Source: Amphiscolops sp. MND2022
Lineage: Eukaryota
NCBI GenBank assembly: GCA_964187785.1
Contig: OZ076409.1
Span: 56,484,001 to 56,548,000, forward strand
Direction: 5' to 3'
Length of the DNA: 64,000 bases
The notes under the pieces are model-generated. The model was given only the letters and a program-made list of their open reading frames with translations, did no database searches and was not told the origin of the DNA. The position numbers and the translations under genes are program-made. Positions within the stretch are counted from its first letter, which is position 1, and every line of letters begins with the position of its first letter. This document shows positions 1-11,900 of this stretch, one piece after another.

Positions 1-505
1 TAACTAGTTAACTTAATTGCTTTAGGTCAGACACTTGAGGTTTCAATGCTTAAAGCCTTTTCTAATTGTAATCAAATGCCTTCACGTCTAAGAAGATAGT
101 TCAGCCATAAGAACCGTGGCGACCGCAATAATTTCAATCGCTTTCACGGTCGTTCGAGTATTGAAAACATCGCAACAAGAAATCTTGAGTGGTTTTTTAT
201 CCACACTACGGGTGCCATGCAAGGCTATTCGTTTTTCATCTCGACAAAGCTGACAGCGCCAAATGTAACTGCTTTGAATAACCATGACATTACCCTCCCC
301 CTTTTGAAAAACTTTAAAGCCCGCGCTTTTTGTGAACCCGGTTTTTTATCATTCCATTCGAGTCAGTTTTGAAAAATAAAATGATCTATTCGACGGTGAA
401 TAAATAAAACTAGGTTGGTCAGATGCAACATGTGGTTCAAAAAAAAGACCTTCAGGAGATGGAGTTGAGTTCTGTGAAAAGACACGCTGGTGATAAATTG
501 ATGGG

Positions 506-1014
506 CGTAAAGCGACAATTCGTCCCAAGCGACGTTTCGTCCCAAGCGACAATTCGTCCCAAATTACAAAAAGCGACAATTCGTCCCAAGCGACAATTCG
601 TCCCATTTTGAAAAGACGACAATTCGTCCCAATTATTAAAAGCTGCAATTTGTCCCCAATTTAATTGCCAATAAAGACCTTTGTAATAATGAATCCGGAA
701 ATATTACAATTAGAGGCAGGTGCCAACAATTAATTTTAACATTCCACGACTAGTACGTTAAAATGCAACATTTTCTAATTATTGTCACGTGGTTGAATGA
801 ATTCATTTGTAGTTGGTTTGATTATTTCTTTCGTTTCAACCTTCAAAAGGTTGGTAATTAGCTGATCAATTAAACAATTTGGGACGAATTGTCGCTTTTT
901 ACAAATGGGACGAATTGTCGCCTTTTCAAAATGGGACGAATTGTCGCTTTTTGGAATTTGGGACGAATTGTCGCTTGGGACGAATTGTCGCTTGGGACGA
1001 ATTGTCGCCCAACC
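506..1014. mobile_element. Non-autonomous foldback/Mutator-like (MULE) element whose arms are arrays of a ~17-bp unit
   Basis: The left arm repeats AAGCGACAATTCGTCCC and the right arm repeats its reverse complement GGGACGAATTGTCGCTT. The 9-bp direct repeat ATTGATGGG flanks it at 497-505 and 1015-1023; a 9-bp TSD is typical of MULE/Foldback elements. Confidence 0.8.
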
Positions 1015-1310
1015 ATTGATGGGCACGATGTTTAAAACACTGTTTTGAACACATTGGTATTCGCTGCTTTTGTTCTCAAACTTAACAAGATAGTAGAACC
1101 GACCAACTCGGGTCAAACTAAGTTTTTTGCAATTGCGAACAATTTGCGAAAAATACATTGAATTTCCTCATAAGTTTTCAGGAGAAGAAATCAAGAGAAA
1201 TCCGGGAAGAAAATCTTCCATTCCCTAATAGAAAACTCTGGTTTTTTCTCGAATGAAGGAAAATTTAACTCGTAAATTCGATGACTTTCTGAAATCTTGT
1301 TTCAAACTGG

Positions 1311-1370
1311 ACGAGGCTTCTAACGAGCGATCAATTAGTATACTAATTGATCGCTCGTTAGAAGCCTCGT
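1311..1370. repeat. Perfect 60-bp palindrome with no spacer
   Basis: ACGAGGCTTCTAACGAGCGATCAATTAGTA|TACTAATTGATCGCTCGTTAGAAGCCTCGT. Confidence 0.95.
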
Positions 1371-1849
1371 TCGAAAAATTGACATTCAACGAATGACACA
1401 ACTTTTTTGTCACTGAGTTTAACAGGAGCGGAAGAAATAAGTCAGTTCTTAGAGCCTTGTTTGTGTTGAGTTCATGCAGAAGAGCTTACTTATGCATAAG
1501 CTGGAATATTATTGATATAGTGAAGGTTATTTTTTAATGAATTGAAAAATCGTGATACTTCGTTCTCCCTGAGTATTTAGTCCTACTCTCTTAGAAGCTC
1601 TCCTTATGACACTCTTTTCGACAGAATGTGAACGCAAGTTTATAAAGTCGCATAAGACTCAAAAAAGAAGTGCAAACTTATTGACCAGTTTCTTACTCAA
1701 TTGTATCGAAGGTATGGAAACGTTGCATCTACCTGTCCCTTTAAAAATTCTTTCGTCCTAAGTAATAAGCATTTTGTCACCACGGTTAAAGACATGGAAG
1801 ATCTTGCACAACACAACTTTTGCGTTTTCTTGAAAATGCGTAAAATAGT

Positions 1850-2200
1850 CTAATTGACAGTAGGAATGTAAGCTTTGTTTTTCTGATTTCAAAACTGCTT
1901 GAAATTCTGTTGACCACGACATTCTTCAGACGAACGTTTTCAGTATTGGAGTCCTGTGGAGAGCTGTTTAAAATGATTGAGATATATTTGAAGGACAGAA
2001 CTTTACAAGTAAGGGCAGGCGATTGTTCATCATCTCCGTGTGTAACAAATTGTTTGCCTCAAGGCCCCTTACTGGGACGGCCTCCGTTATTACTTTCGAT
2101 CAACGAGAATGTTCGTGAATTTATCACTTGTAACCGATGCTCGGATGTTGCCAAACCTTTTTCTATTCAATATTGTTCATCCCTAGTCGAGATTGCCTGA
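1850..2200 (+). pseudogene. Decayed non-LTR retrotransposon (CR1/L2/Jockey-like) reverse transcriptase fragment
   Basis: FSDFKTA*NSVDHDIL resembles DFSKAFDSVDHxIL, and IYLKDRTLQVRAGDCSSSPCVTNCLPQGPLLG resembles YLSDRTQxVR...SGVPQGSLLGP. Stops and frameshifts are present. Confidence 0.7.
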
Positions 2201-2310
2201 ACTTTTTACATACTGCATGGAAACATGCAGGCTAATTTTTTATAAAAACATGGAAAATTCCGGGACCGTGCATGGAAACATTTTGTAGGCTTACAATGCA
2301 GCCTTACCTA

Positions 2311-3601
2311 CAGTGCTGTGATAAAAGAATGGAACCTCTGATTGCTACAAAATATTGGAACAGTGAAATATTAGCAAATAATTTTCTATTAAAACGCCTG
2401 GGTGTCTGAGAAAATTGCATCTAGGTAAACAAAGGCTGAATCTACGCCAGTTTAGGTTTGTCAATCATTGATGAAAGATGCCTCGATATGACATAGAAGT
2501 CAAACAACAAATTATTAGTCTGCACAACGAAAACAAAAGTTTATTTGAAATTTCAGCTACTTTAAACATTCCGAAAACATCTTGTTTCAATGTCATTCAG
2601 AATTTCAAGTCCAGAGGCCATCTTGCAAATGAAAAAAGCCCCGGCCGACCAAGAAAATTGACAGAAAAGGAAGAAAAAAAACTTATTACTTTGTCCATTA
2701 ACCATCCAAAAAAGTCTTCAACGGAACTTTTACAACATCTGAAGCCCGAAAACACTTGTTCAACTAGTCTTGTGCGAAAAACACTTCTCAATTATGGACT
2801 TCATGCAAGAGTAGCCTTTCGGAAACCGTTATTGACCCAAAGTCATAGACATTTTCGAAAAAAGTTCGCATCGGAATTCGTACTGAAACCGACAACTTTT
2901 TGGAAAAACGTTATTTTTTCCGATGAGACAATAATCGAACTGTCGCCAAATCGCAGAATACTAGTCAGACGACCTCTCAAAAGTGGCATAGAAGAAAAAT
3001 ATCTCTGCAAAACAAAAAAATTCGGTGGAAAAAAACTGATGTTATGGGGATTCATCTCATCGGATGGCAGAAAAGGACTGGCAAAAGTGTCTGGAAACAT
3101 GAATGCCGTCTCTTACGTCCAAATTTTGCAAGAAAATCTCCTTCCGAACATGTACCTGGGCGAAATTTTTCAACAAGACAATGCTCCGGTTCATACAGCT
3201 ACCTTAACAAAAACTTGGATGTTGGAAAATGCTGTAGAAAGTCTTGAAAATTGGCCGGCTCAGTCTCCAGATCTCAATATTATCGAGCATGTATGGAGTT
3301 TTCTGAAGAAAAAGGTCTCCAAAATGAACCCGAAAACTGTAGACGAACTTTGGCACACTTGCGAAGAAGAATTTCGAAAAATTCCGCAAGATTTCATAGA
3401 AACTCTTTATGAGTCTATTCCCAGAAGACTGAATGAAGTATTACGCAGAAATGGTAAAAACACTAAATATTGAAGACTTCTTGATGTTATATTCATAATA
3501 TGTTTTGGTTTTTGTTGATTGTTGACTATTAATTTCGAAATAAATCTGTCGTTCCAATATTTTTTCCTAAACAGTGGTTCCATTCTTTTATCACAGCACT
3601 G
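2311..3601 (+). mobile_element. Complete Tc1-like (Tc1/mariner) DNA transposon, 1291 bp
   Basis: Perfect 26-bp TIRs CAGTGCTGTGATAAAAGAATGGAACC at 2311-2336 and 3576-3601, extending imperfectly to about 50 bp. TA flanks at 2309-2310 and 3602-3603. One intact transposase ORF inside. Confidence 0.96.
2478..3473 (+). CDS. Tc1-family transposase, 331 aa, DD35E catalytic spacing
   Basis: N-terminal paired-like HTH region with GRPRK motif. Catalytic motifs IFSDET, QQDNAPVH and WPAQSPDLNIIEHVW, with 35 residues between the second D and the E. Confidence 0.95.
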   Translation: MPRYDIEVKQQIISLHNENKSLFEISATLNIPKTSCFNVIQNFKSRGHLANEKSPGRPRKLTEKEEKKLITLSINHPKKSSTELLQHLKPENTCSTSLVRKTLLNYGLHARVAFRKPLLTQSHRHFRKKFASEFVLKPTTFWKNVIFSDETIIELSPNRRILVRRPLKSGIEEKYLCKTKKFGGKKLMLWGFISSDGRKGLAKVSGNMNAVSYVQILQENLLPNMYLGEIFQQDNAPVHTATLTKTWMLENAVESLENWPAQSPDLNIIEHVWSFLKKKVSKMNPKTVDELWHTCEEEFRKIPQDFIETLYESIPRRLNEVLRRNGKNTKY

Positions 3602-4989
3602 TATTTGAATTAAAACTGAAAACATTTCCACTTCTTCAGCAGCGGGATCACTTTGTTTTCACACGTAAGTTTCTCATGTAAGTACCTTATGTAATCCCCG
3701 TTAGCCAAATAGCACGCTGAATATGACGCTACTTTGAAACTTATAATGTGACTGAAATTTGTTTGCATTGAAAGCGCGGTAAATTTGATTAAGGTCTCAG
3801 CTGCTTTCAAAATTAGAACGGCGTCTTAATGAAACCTGCAAAACGTCGCGGCGCAGAATTGCCTCCAAATTTAAGATGCATTTTACAGGCAGCTTGATAA
3901 AATTAAAATGAATCAGTGAAGATTTAATGCATGGATATTGAAAATTAGCTTGGTAACCTACAAAAACATGTAAAAAGTTCAAGCAGTTCCAACCAGGGAT
4001 TGCTTTTGCAACAAGTCCAAAAGCATTGTCTTGTGGTTTTACGAGACTGTTTGAGTATGGCTGCTAGTAAATGCAAAAACCCATCACGTTGAAGTCATAT
4101 TACAATTTTGAGCCTTAGATATAGCGCTGACTTTGGCCGTTCTCGGCTTGTTTATTGTTGAGTACGCTATATGAGAAAACGGTCTTGTTTTCAAACTGGA
4201 AAGTTTCAAAAGCCGGAAACTAAAATTTTCGAACCAAATCATGCTCAGAATAGGGACTATTATGGTTCATTAAAAAATTGGTTCAGTCTAACAGTGTTTC
4301 AAAACATTTTGGTGACTTTGTTCAATTTGAATCATATTGAAAATTCGAGATTAACTAGATGGTAACTCCGGCTTAGTTCCGGGCTGTATATAAGGAATTT
4401 ATTAAATATGTCATCAATTGGGTATGGACGCATATTGATTCGAAATATACGTGTTTAACGAAAACGGTATTGTTATAGTTCAATTTGTTCAGGAAAAATT
4501 TGCTCGACACTAGTTAGATGCAATAATCCGCTTTGAAGAAATATGTGAAGAATAGACTCAAAAAAAGTCATGCACCTTCGGGTAGAAAATGATTTTTTTG
4601 TCTGGGACTAACAAAAACATGAAGAGAAGACCCTTGTGAGGGAATATTTTGGTACAAAGTTGCACATTGCCAAAAAATCAGAGTGGGGCACTTTGTCTCA
4701 GACAATCAGTTTTTCAAATATTGTAAAATCTGATAAAAAAGACAAAACACTTGGACATCCTTCCATGCACTTCAGATTTTAGACGAACTCGAACAGTGCT
4801 GAAAACACCCAAAGAAACCCCTTTTGGTGTTGTCTACTTCAGGAAACATTTTAAATAATTAGTGCAACGCGGAATTAAAACCCAGTCACCTTTTTGGCTC
4901 CCAGCCCTAGGCATCACTAGAAGTAAGAAGAAGTAAGTTAATAACCCCCAGTTCCGCTTTTTTAGGTCGGCGTTCTTTCGGAGTCTATC

Positions 4990-5261
4990 TCCTCATAGCA
5001 AGCTATGGTACCATATTTACAGCCAAGTGGTCAAGCAATGGCTAGCTTCAAGCTCTGGTTTCAAAGTGACTTGCTCAAAGTCACAAAGATCTGACTGCTT
5101 ACCGTTGCTCTTTTTCCCCGACCAAATGCGTTGTTTTTTGTCATTGACCATACCACTAAGCTAGGACTTGCTTAAGGACCAACAATGGTGAGTTGAGAGA
5201 GATTCGAACCTGATACCGCCCCAGTACAGACCGGATGCTCTAACCATTGCACCATGCTCTC
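4990..5261 (-). mobile_element. tRNA-derived SINE (degenerate)
   Basis: The minus strand begins GAGAGCATGGTGCAATGGTTAGAGCATCCGG...AGGTTCGAATCTC...CACCA (A box, B box, tRNA-length head at 5186-5261). It is followed by GTCCTTAAGCAAGTCC and TGTGACTTTGAGCAAGTCACTTT, which resemble conserved SINE central-domain motifs. The 3' boundary is approximate. Confidence 0.7.
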
Positions 5262-6400
5262 CATCATTCTCAAACAACCGCAGTAAACAAGGCCAAGTGG
5301 TAAGTACTTTCCAGCAATCAAATTGAATCAGGCCAAACTTGTTGAAAAAGTTGAAAAGTGGAAAAAAATAAAACATGATTGTTCTATGACAGAATTTTTT
5401 TGGTGGAAAATGAAAGTTGATGAATTTTTCTTTAGACCAATATCGGACGTGATGTCAACCAAGAGTGGTCGCTTCTTCCGTCCGCTGTATCTTTGAGAGA
5501 CTGTTTTTGCATTCAAGCTCTAAATGACAATTCAAATTTTGAATACGTTTAACATTCACGGTACATTTCAGCTGTACGTTTCTCGTTGGAACCGCTGAAA
5601 AGAGCTCTTCTGTAACAGCTTCATTGTCAGTCATACAGTACTATAGTGTATTTGCAAAACGTGAGCACCGTCATGATAGCTGAAAAAAATTTTTTCCTGC
5701 AAAATTGTCTGATCGCAAAATTTTTGACTTGCTTCAAGATTAAACCAGCATCATTATCGTTAGGTTTCCTTATCGTTGAATTGCTGCTATGCTTGGGAAA
5801 TGAATCAGCAGCGTATTTTATGGTTTTGGACGTATTAATTCATTGCGACAATATCTAAAAAATCGAGAAAGTGCAAAGTACGACACATTGGAGGCAAATT
5901 GGAAGTAATTGTGAGAAAACTGTAACACTCGTTCTAAAAGTACTCGAAACTTATGGAAGTAGTGAAAAATAATTGGGTAAAGAGGATCAGCAATTGTACC
6001 GAACTAGAGACTCATTCTACAAATTGATCGTTTTATTAGTGTTAGTAATTACTATGCATTCATCATAGTCAACGATATGGGTAATTTGTGCGTTTTCTAT
6101 TGCAAAATAATTCCAATCTCCTATCGCCAAATAGGCTCTTTGAGGGTATCGAAGTGAACATTTTATATATGCAAGCTAGCCACTTTCAGCGTCAGGAAGC
6201 TAATCCATGGTATGAATTAGGGATGTCATGTACTTTCTATGACTACGTCTTCAACCGCCTCTGATTAATAAGTTTGCTAGTTGCATTTTTAAATTTCTAG
6301 TTTTGATTTCTGGTTTTTAGTTTTCTGTAACTAAGGTACTACTTCTGAAATTTATAGGAAACGTTTCTTAATTACATCGTTTTTGTACATAATGGTAATT

Positions 6401-7388
6401 CCCGGGCTTACCCTATGTGGATATCTAAGTAAGATCTTGGCAAGATCTTTGAACAATCTTGGCTAAGATCTTGACAAGATCTTTCCAAGTATTCATTTTT
6501 CCATGGTAAGATTTTATCAAGAGAGCCATGTTCCCAAGAAAAATTTTATTGTAAAACCCAATTTGACCAGAAAAAATCTGAAAGGAGTGTCCACAAAAAA
6601 TAACATCTATGCAGATTTACGTTGTTAGACATGACAACTTTCTGTTACAAAGGTATAAAGTTTGATTGAATAGTCCTTATGCTGTTCATTTAGGAAGGCA
6701 GGGTTAAATTGTTCTATCAATTGCTACACCGTCGCCAACAACAGCGTCGGAAAAGCCTCGAGCTTAATCATTACCCAAACCGTTAGCAGCAGTAATTGAG
6801 CTGCTGAAAAAAGCTCAAAAACGCTGGAGTTATTAATTGACAAAATTGCAACCAGATTTCTTAGTGCTTTTTAGTGCTCTCCCTGAGTAAGTTTCCGATA
6901 GTAGCTTTGGACGTTTGGGAGCATTTTTCGCCGTCTCTGGAATCGACGGAGTGATAAGTTTTGAAAAGCCCTCGAAATGAGCTTTCTTTTGGTACATTAG
7001 CATTTCTCTCAACTTAAAGAAAGAGGGGAGCAGTTATTAGGATTCTCGTCTGAATTTCGGAAGCCAGAATACGTTATCGTAATTTTTGCATGCAAATTTG
7101 TTTCAGCAGGTTGAAGCATTTTGATAATGAAAACGAGTAGAAATAGTCGTTGTTGGGTGAAATGAGCCTTTAGAATGAGTCTCGGCTGCTTGTACCGAAG
7201 GTATAGTTTATTTTATAATCTTCGAATTTTGTCCATCGTGATAAGATACGATCTTAGAATAAGGTATCATCTTGGTAAGATCTTAATATTAATCTTGCCA
7301 TGGGTTCCATGGTTGCCAAGATGTAGTAGGAATTTTTAGTAAGATTTTGCAAAGACAGCCAAGATTGTAGTAAGAGGATCAACCCGGG
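6401..7388 (+). mobile_element. Non-autonomous TIR element with CCCGGG termini and subterminal AAGATCTT repeats (copy 1)
   Basis: Ends are CCCGGGCTTACCC and GGATCAACCCGGG, with clusters of AAGATCTT(GG) at both ends. A diverged inverted copy lies at about 42478-43415. Confidence 0.7.
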
Positions 7389-8497
7389 TTGTCAAGAATC
7401 TGGGATTGTTCTCAGCAGACGAATTGTAGATACTTTTTCGAGTTGATTTCAAATGAAAGAATCTAGAAGGTCAAAAAAAATTCAATTGTTGATACACATT
7501 TTGCTCGATGTTTTGATTTATCGAGCTTTAATTGAGCTAGGTCCTAAATTTCTTCTCAGTTTACAATTTTGTTCCGTGGCTTTCAAATCGTAGAATAACA
7601 TGTATGCACATAGGTTTGAGGTTTTTCCATGTACTTTTTTCATGCCGAAGCTACACTTTTTCCTCCTTAACTTTCTTAGCTACATTGATATTCGATTTTG
7701 TGTTTTTCATTCTACTTTACTTCAAAGTTGACGAAACTTGTAAATTGCACACAAATTGAATAGCAATTAGAAAACACTCGGAAAGATTCAATGTTATAAT
7801 GAAATTTAGGTTTGAGAAAATTTGAATATAATCATTCCCATGACAGCTGAAGCTATACCAAAAAATTTGACTCTTCTCTGTTGCCCCAATTGTTACAAAC
7901 ACTTTTTTCTTGAAGGTTTTCCAACTGTCAATATTCTATATTTCTGGTACCGTAAGTTCACTTCCTTTATAGTAAGATTTTCGTTTAAACAAAATTTTTT
8001 TCACACTTTCCGATAATGAATTAGATCAAAATAACTATTTGTATGACTCAAACTATAGTCGTTGACTTTCTTTCATACCCAAAGTATTGATTCGTAAGAA
8101 CAGGTACTGCGAGTTCTATCTCCAAAAATGTATGTCAGAATAATAGATTCTCAACAGTTTGGGTTTAATCCAGTTAAAAATTTAATCAAAATTTTGAAAA
8201 AAAAATAACAGGTGTGGAAGAGGGGTCTTGGGAAACAGAAGAACTGAAAAATTTTTACTGTATGTCCAAGAGTGAATTTTTTACTGCATGTCTGTATGGC
8301 GAAAAATCTTTCAACATTGTTATATCGGCGACCTTCAGAGGTCATAGACACTGAAACTAAGTTGTTGGCTAGTGTTCAGGGTTGCGATTTATGCTACGTT
8401 AGAATTGATTTATATGTGTCATTGCTTTTTACTGAGAATACAACAAACATGCATATGACTTTTTTGAAGCAATGAATGCGAATTTTTGATGACTCAC

Positions 8498-8957
8498 AGT
8501 TTGCTTTGGTGCTGAAACTGCGTCTGTCCACATTTTGAACTGCCAGTCCGTTACTGTGCATGGCGGTCACAGTGTAGACATATCGTGTGTCTTCTTCCAG
8601 CCCGTCTATGCTTTCGCAGTACCTGTCTTTTCCCGCCACCACGGGGACATCCACCGTGAACAGGGGCTCCCCCGAAATGCCCCCATTGTAGTCCCCGGGT
8701 GCCGCGGGCTCAATCTTCAGTTGATACAACCTCACGGGCGAGTTAGCCTCGGGTTTACCCCAGCAAATCACAGCCGAGTTTGTCGAGACATTAACCGGCT
8801 CTTCCAAAACTGCGGCTAAAGCATCATTTTTAACAATAAGTAAAGTGTCGCCATTAATTGGGTCGATCTGGGCTAAGGAAAACATGGGGGAGCTTCTGTG
8901 AAATATTAGAGCGTAAGTTAAGGTCATCATAATACTGTATAACACAAAAGATGACAT
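8498..8957 (-). CDS. Host gene exon: putative signal peptide plus fibronectin type III domain (secreted or cell-surface protein)
   Basis: Hydrophobic N-terminus followed by an FN3 pattern (NVSTNSAVICWGKP...YQLKI...IDGLEEDTRYVYTVTAM). GC content is higher than in the flanks. A phase-1 GTGAGT donor lies at 8497 and an AG acceptor directly precedes the ATG. A possible in-frame next exon starts at 8350 (TTTCAG|TGTCTATG). Confidence 0.8.
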
Positions 8958-11900
8958 CTTATAAGGAAATATAAACTTGGTATTAGTGCCACCCGCGTTA
9001 TAAACGTGTAATAAACGCTGTTTCCGAATTCAGTAAAACATTTGATATTGGTTTCAATGGCAGCATCGTGTTTTTTCAATGAGATTAGCGACAATTTGGC
9101 GAGCGGTTGTTGCTGAGCGTAACATGTGATGAAATCATGGATATTTGTAGATTTTGTAGAATATTTATCGGCGATGGGTGTGAACACATTAAAAGCGGAC
9201 ATCTCCGGATCATAAATCGCATCGAGCTTTGGGGCTCATTAATATGACTGCTTGTTAACTTTCTTTCGAAAATTTTTCTTTATTTCTCAAGAAGTAGTAT
9301 CATCATTACTTTTCATTAAAAAACAGTTTCATGTATTTTGTAATGGGTAAAATAAGCGACGCAATGTTGATTTTTTCAAAAAACGTTATCACTCAAGTGA
9401 CGAAAATTTTCCATAAACATTTTTCCCAGAAATCAATTTGCTGGCAATTTTGGGAAACAAAATAGGAAGTAAATTGAGATAAGGAAGGTAAAAGTGGTTT
9501 TGGACGATTACGTAGAAAGAATATAATTTAAACGGCGTTGGAAGAACACAACGACGCAACATTTTCCATTTTTGCTATTTCACGCTTTTCCTTGATTTTT
9601 GTGCGCGTTCTGTGATTGGATAAGGCGAAGCACTTCATCTACATCATATTTATCATCAGCTTATTCTTTACACCAATTTCTAGCCTATTACACAATCCCC
9701 CGAATTTCCCTCCAACGGGACCGCCAACGTCTAAAATAATAAAAAAGCAGCGATGAAAACTTTCCCCACTAACTTACATACCCACCATATATAAATACGC
9801 ATCCTATAAATATAATTCATTATCTTGTACCTGTAAAGTATCAAGTCATCAGACAACCATAATTGCAAGCACAAATATCTCACAGAAATTGGAAGTATCA
9901 TGAAAGAAGCGAAATTTACCAAAGCGGTCAACTTTAACTCTAATTTTGCAGAATATTTTCCCTGAAACGAAACAACCATGTTAATCATCTGATGTGAACA
10001 AATTTTTACGAAAGGTGAATGAAAACAGATTAATTTGAAGCTGCAGAATATATTGAGTGACACAACTTTTATTTCACGGCGTTGAATATTTTGTTCATAC
10101 TAAACCTAATTTCATAATACGAATAAACTCATTCAAAATCAATGATGATAGAAATGTGATACTTCGACACTAACCATTATCCATCTTTAGAAGTACAGTA
10201 CTTTGTTCCATATACCAGAAAATGATCTGATCTTACCAGCGAAGTCTTTTTGTTAACAAACTACCGAAGATGAATAATTTCAAGTTGAATAATTTTTCAA
10301 TATAGGCGATGCCAGGCCAAAATCAAACACGGAAAATCAACGAAATTCAGTTTAAAATAGGAAATTAATTTTCTTTAGAATAATGTAACTCTCAAAACAA
10401 ATGGAAACCAGTCAAAGTATACCTTTCTCCTTGATCTTATCATCTGAAAACCTTAACAAGATAAAAGTTCAATATGACATGAAAACTGACGTGTTATTTA
10501 CACAGTACAAAAATTGCAATCGGATTGAATTAAAGCATACCATGCTTATCATTTAACGCCCATATTCCATATGGAAAGTAAAGAGTATTCTGTGAACCGC
10601 TATCTTTTAACGATTGTGCTATGTTCCAATTATATGCTCGAAAGCTTTCACATAATTCAACTACGGAAAATTATTCATCGCATTTGTGGGGAAACTTGAA
10701 GCAAAAAGCAGGCGTTTTTCAATTTTGACTGTTTTATTCAACTTTTAAACACTTTTGAACGTTTTTGTGGGTATGAATATGAATATCCACAGACTTTTTC
10801 ACGAAGAAGTGTATGAAATAAACCAAGAGCTGCCAAATTGTTCGCAACTTTCGAACTTTTTTGTAGAACTTTTGTAATGTTTTGGCCACGCTCGAGTCTT
10901 GAAAATATAATGTCTTAAAAATATTTCAGTGCGTAAATTATCCCGGTGATCAGCGGGCGACTTGTTGGGTTGATCATGCAATCTGAAATTGCTATCAAGA
11001 CCATGAATTTATGAAAACTCACTTATTGATATTGCTTAACATGTTCATTTTTTGCAATATTCAGATAAAAGACCGGGTGTATGAGATATAAACTTTTCCA
11101 TTTGCAAATGTCTATCTGGTTGTTAAGCATCATACTCATCAGCGCATTTTTGAGTTACAGTTGAGAGATGCATTCAAGGACTACCTTTATCGTCAGCTGG
11201 TAGCAATTTGCAGAAGATATTAAATGACACAAATTTCATTTCACGGCGTTCAATTTTTTCATCATACTAAACCAAATTCCATAAAACCATTAAACTCATT
11301 CAAAATCAATCATGATACAAATGTGATTTTTCAACACCAACTATCCGTTATTACAGGCACACTTCAACTTCGAATTTGTGGATTCACTACAATACGTACA
11401 TTTTTTCGTTTGAAAAAATCATGGCTTTTTGGAAATTGAAATCAAGATTATTTAGATTGGGTAAAAGTTTTCAACCTATTTTTTGAAAGCCTTATAACTT
11501 TACGCAACCTTTACTTCCCGACTCAAGATAGACTCAGATATTGGAACACAAAGTTTCAGTATTTTGTGCAACCATCGAATGTGTATTTTCGTCAACTTAA
11601 GCATTTCCGGGTTTTTTCGTTAACAATTCCACGAACATTCATACATTTGCAAGAAAATTTAAACGAAAATGAAAAACTTCCAATCTACACGTTCTTAAAA
11701 GAAACAACATGGGCAAGATTTGAGATTTAACTCAAGTTCTCTAATCAAAAGTATTTAACGCAGAAATGATGGAAACTAAAGTTGCAAAGTACATCAGATT
11801 TATTGGAAGGGTTTCCTAAAGATTCAGTTGTCTTACCAAAAAATAAAACGATCAAAACAATGTATTTTATGAAAATTGATTATGAAAGAGGTACAAAAAT

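Noticed and set aside
506..1014. CRISPR-like appearance of short repeats
   Set aside because: The units are contiguous without unique spacers, are arranged as inverted arms with a TSD, lie in a eukaryotic context, and no cas genes are present.
5186..5261. Functional tRNA gene
   Set aside because: Acceptor and anticodon stems pair poorly, there is no T-run terminator, and it continues into a SINE-like body.
10058..11345. Diverged ~110-bp direct repeats at about 10060 and 11227, plus small tandem repeats near 13590 and 14083
   Set aside because: Real but ordinary; no TG..CA ends, PBS or TSD to call LTRs.
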